Positions 61,301-64,000 of a stretch of DNA of 64,000 nt are shown piece after piece (within the stretch, counting starts at the first letter, position 1; the number at the start of each line of letters is the position of its first letter). The position numbers were made by a program, and so were the translations under genes. The notes under the pieces were generated by a model. It was given only the letters and a program-made list of their open reading frames with translations, searched no databases and was not told the origin of the DNA. The DNA comes from Balanoglossus misakiensis (lineage: Eukaryota; Animalia; Hemichordata): positions 11,359,477 to 11,423,476 of the forward strand of contig CM082593.2 of NCBI GenBank assembly GCA_040954595.2, written 5' to 3'.

Positions 61301-63992
61301 TACCATTAAAATGACTGGATAAAATAGATTTAAAACTGTGGAGCGTAGAAAAAATATCAATATTACATTTAGAAGAAATCTCATTAAAAGCAGACATGCA
61401 TCTGAGCATTGTCGAGAATTTTCTACAATTAACGGAGCGCAAGTCGGGTTTAAAAAGGGGTTTCTTGCGTAAATTTCTACTAGGGGCGTAAAAACATATT
61501 TGATTTAAAATACCAGGTGAATCATACTGTGAGTGGATAATTTTGTATAAAAAAAAACATGTCAAGGGTGAGTCTTCTGTTATATAACATTGGGATATTC
61601 AGTAATCTACAATAAATAGGGTAGCTGGACCTGCTGCAGTGAATATTGAGTTTGCAACAAATGTACTTCACAAACTTAATTTGTACCCGCTCAATCTTGT
61701 CTGACAGGCCCTTTTGGTGGGGTGACCACAAAACAGAGCCATACTCTAGAATAGATCTTACATAAACAAAATATAGAGAAATAATAGCGGATATGTCATT
61801 AAAAGGCTGGCAGAGGCGCTTAATAAAACCCAGAGATTTGAAGGCTCTGGAAACTGTGTTATTTATGTGGAAAGAATAATTGAGATTAGAAGTAAGGTAT
61901 ATGCCCAAGTCCTTGATTACAGAAACACGTTGAAGGGGAGTGCCATTGATAGAGTAGTCAGTAGATGAAATAACCCTTTTCTTTAGGGTGAAACTGATGA
62001 ATTTGCATTTATTGATATTAGGTGACAACTTCCAGTTGTCACACCAGAGAGCAAATTTATCAAGGTCTTTCTGTAACAAGTCACAATCAGCGGAGGAGGT
62101 GATGGTACGGTAAATCTTAGCATCGTCGGCATACATGCTGAGCTTTGCAGAAATATCTAACAGTGATATATCATTTATATACATTACAAAAAGTAGTGGC
62201 CCCAAGAGTGAACCTTGTGGGACCCCCGATGTAGCAGTGAAGCTGTTTGACGAGTGACTGCCAAACACCACCCTCTGTTGTCTGAGATGGAGATACGACG
62301 CCAGCCAGCTGTGCAAATTGCCACATATACCAAATTTGGCGGCTTTGTACAGCAGTAGTGTGTGACAGACACTGTCAAACGCCTTGCTAAAATCAGTGTA
62401 GATTGAATCTACCTGTTCTTTGTTGTTCAATGAAGCTGAAATGAAATCAGTGTAAGCCACTAAGTTGGTTGTGGTAGATCTATTTTTAACAAATCCATGC
62501 TGATCAATGGATATATTTGGTTGAACATGCTGGTAGATATGAGGGACAATGACAGCTTCGAAAATCTTAGCAAAATATCAACTCCATCGATCACATTATC
62601 CACACAGATATTATTTCCCAATCTGTCAGCGGTGGGAAGTTGACTATTGTTCTCTAAATGCGTCTTGATAACCGCATTGAGGATGAATGGGGAACAGACT
62701 GCTCCAAACAAGACAGACTTAAACTGCAAAGTTATGAAGTCACTTTCTGGGTCGTTAATGTCCGACAGCCACAGAAATTTCGTGAATTTCCTCTCATCTT
62801 CTTCCAACCGAATGTTCAGGAATGCTTTCTCAATGTCAGCTGTGAAAGCAATGTTATTGGCGCGGAATCTCAGCAGAATCGCTGGCAGGTCATTTATTAA
62901 TGACGGTCCAGTTTGCAAGCAATCATTCAAACTTGGATAATTAGAATCCTTCTTACAAGAGCAATCATAAACGATGCGAATGGGTGTTGTGGTCGAATTC
63001 TTAACCACCGGACGATGTGGCAAATAGTGTCCGATATTCACGTCATCTTCGTCAACCTCTCCGATGAAGTCGCGACGTCTCTGTTCATTGATTATGTCGT
63101 CATATTTCTTGATGAGTTCAGAGGGTAACCTGCGTATCATATTACGCGTGCGTTTCATGGCGACATCGTAGTTGGTGGGTAGTGGAGGGTGATCTTCCTT
63201 CCACAGTAGTTTAGCTACGTATTTTCCTCGGTCAACTCTCAAGTGCGTGTCTCTGTAAGACTCGTACGTCAACTGTTCATCAACTGTTGGATTGTCCTGA
63301 ATACCGATCAATTCAAGGTCCCACATATTTTAGACCTGTGGTTCTCGGCCGATCGCAGTACTATCCATCGGTGTATACATGTCCGTTGCGCGATCTCCAT
63401 GCAGTCCGTTGATAGAGTTCTCTGAAACTACGTTACTGGTATCAGCAGTAGAAATCACATGTAAGATATGCGCATTAGAATCCACTTTGGGAGTTCCGAG
63501 GGGTCCGGAGAGTAAGTATCCAAATTTGGATGACACAGCAGTGGGGCCGGACGCGCCAGAAATAACGTGTGAGCCCACGAAATTCCAATATTGGTCGGCT
63601 CCGATTAGAACATCTATTGGCCACGACTGATCACTCGAAACTGGATGTGCGAATGGTAGCCCTTTCAGGTGGCTCATATTGTGGACTTCCTGAGAAATGT
63701 GATTTGTTAAGTCCGACGATATCTCTGGAATTATCATCGCGTGAATAGTTGAAGTATTCCCGTTCAGTTCATGAGCAGTTAGTTCGGTGAATCCCATGGT
63801 GCGTACTTTGGAATCCTTGCCACGGAAGGTCGATAACTTTATGTGTTCGTGCCGCGTAGCTTTCGCGGACAGCTGACGGGCGAATCTCTCAGTGACGAAT
63901 GTCTTATTTGCTCCTTCATCAAACAGGATGATGGCATGTATGGGGGTTCCCCGTCCGACAGACAGTGGTACAAACGCAGTTTTCAGCAGCAC
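58334..63992 (-). pseudogene. BEL/Pao pol (aspartic protease, RT, RNase H, integrase), disrupted
   Basis: LFDEGANKTF protease; HYLPHRPV, RIVYDCS, DIEKAFL, FGAVCSPF and CVDN (for YVDN) RT; FADASQRAYG, LPRLEL, WSDSQI RNase H; GVDFTG, SDNA, GGFWERL integrase. In-frame TAA at 63330-63332 and a LINE insertion at 61141-62575. Confidence 0.92.
61141..62575 (-). mobile_element. 5'-truncated CR1-group LINE inserted in the BEL RT
   Basis: Frame from about 62574 reads FAKIFE...QHGFVKNRSTTTNL...YTDFSKAFD...GVPQGSLLGPLLF...YADD; minus-strand tail (TAAA)n then A-run; TAT at 61138-61140 and 62576-62578; removal restores BEL GVD-TAENSMKYY. Confidence 0.9.
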
Positions 63993-64000
63993 TGGCCCAG

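Larger units (their letters stand above)
57842..64000 (-). mobile_element. BEL/Pao LTR retrotransposon (3' portion, decayed); continues past the window end
   Basis: Protease-RT-RNaseH-integrase order with Pao-type motifs, followed by PPT and 3' LTR. Confidence 0.92.

Noticed and set aside
62460-62575. 5' inversion of the LINE, or a BEL C-terminal extension
   Set aside because: The segment translates in frame with the LINE RT on the same strand; the BEL ORF merely reads through the junction.

Overview
AT-rich, repeat-dominated eukaryotic DNA with spliceosomal introns and metazoan transposon families; a marine invertebrate source is an inference. No intact cellular host gene is recognisable. 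Layout: (1) 1-3.5 kb, decayed ORFs including a spliced OB-fold/RPA-like pseudogene. (2) 4.9-30.6 kb, an old inverted duplication carrying Helentron-associated non-autonomous elements (HINE/DINE-like) and two MITEs. (3) 30.6-42.2 kb, an 86-bp satellite of about 135 copies. (4) 42214-52796, the main find: a CAC...GTG-terminated DNA transposon with bipartite TIRs and a 3-bp CTG duplication. It encodes an intact spliced RAG1/Transib-like DDE transposase and a convergent 206-aa ORF that is not RAG2-like, with an intact full-length Tx1 LINE inserted between them. (5) 52.8-57.8 kb, a 2-2.8 kb macro-tandem repeat with 81-bp subrepeats. (6) 57.8-64 kb, a decayed BEL/Pao LTR retrotransposon interrupted by a 5'-truncated CR1-like LINE. 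All family calls come from reading motifs by eye; no database search was run.
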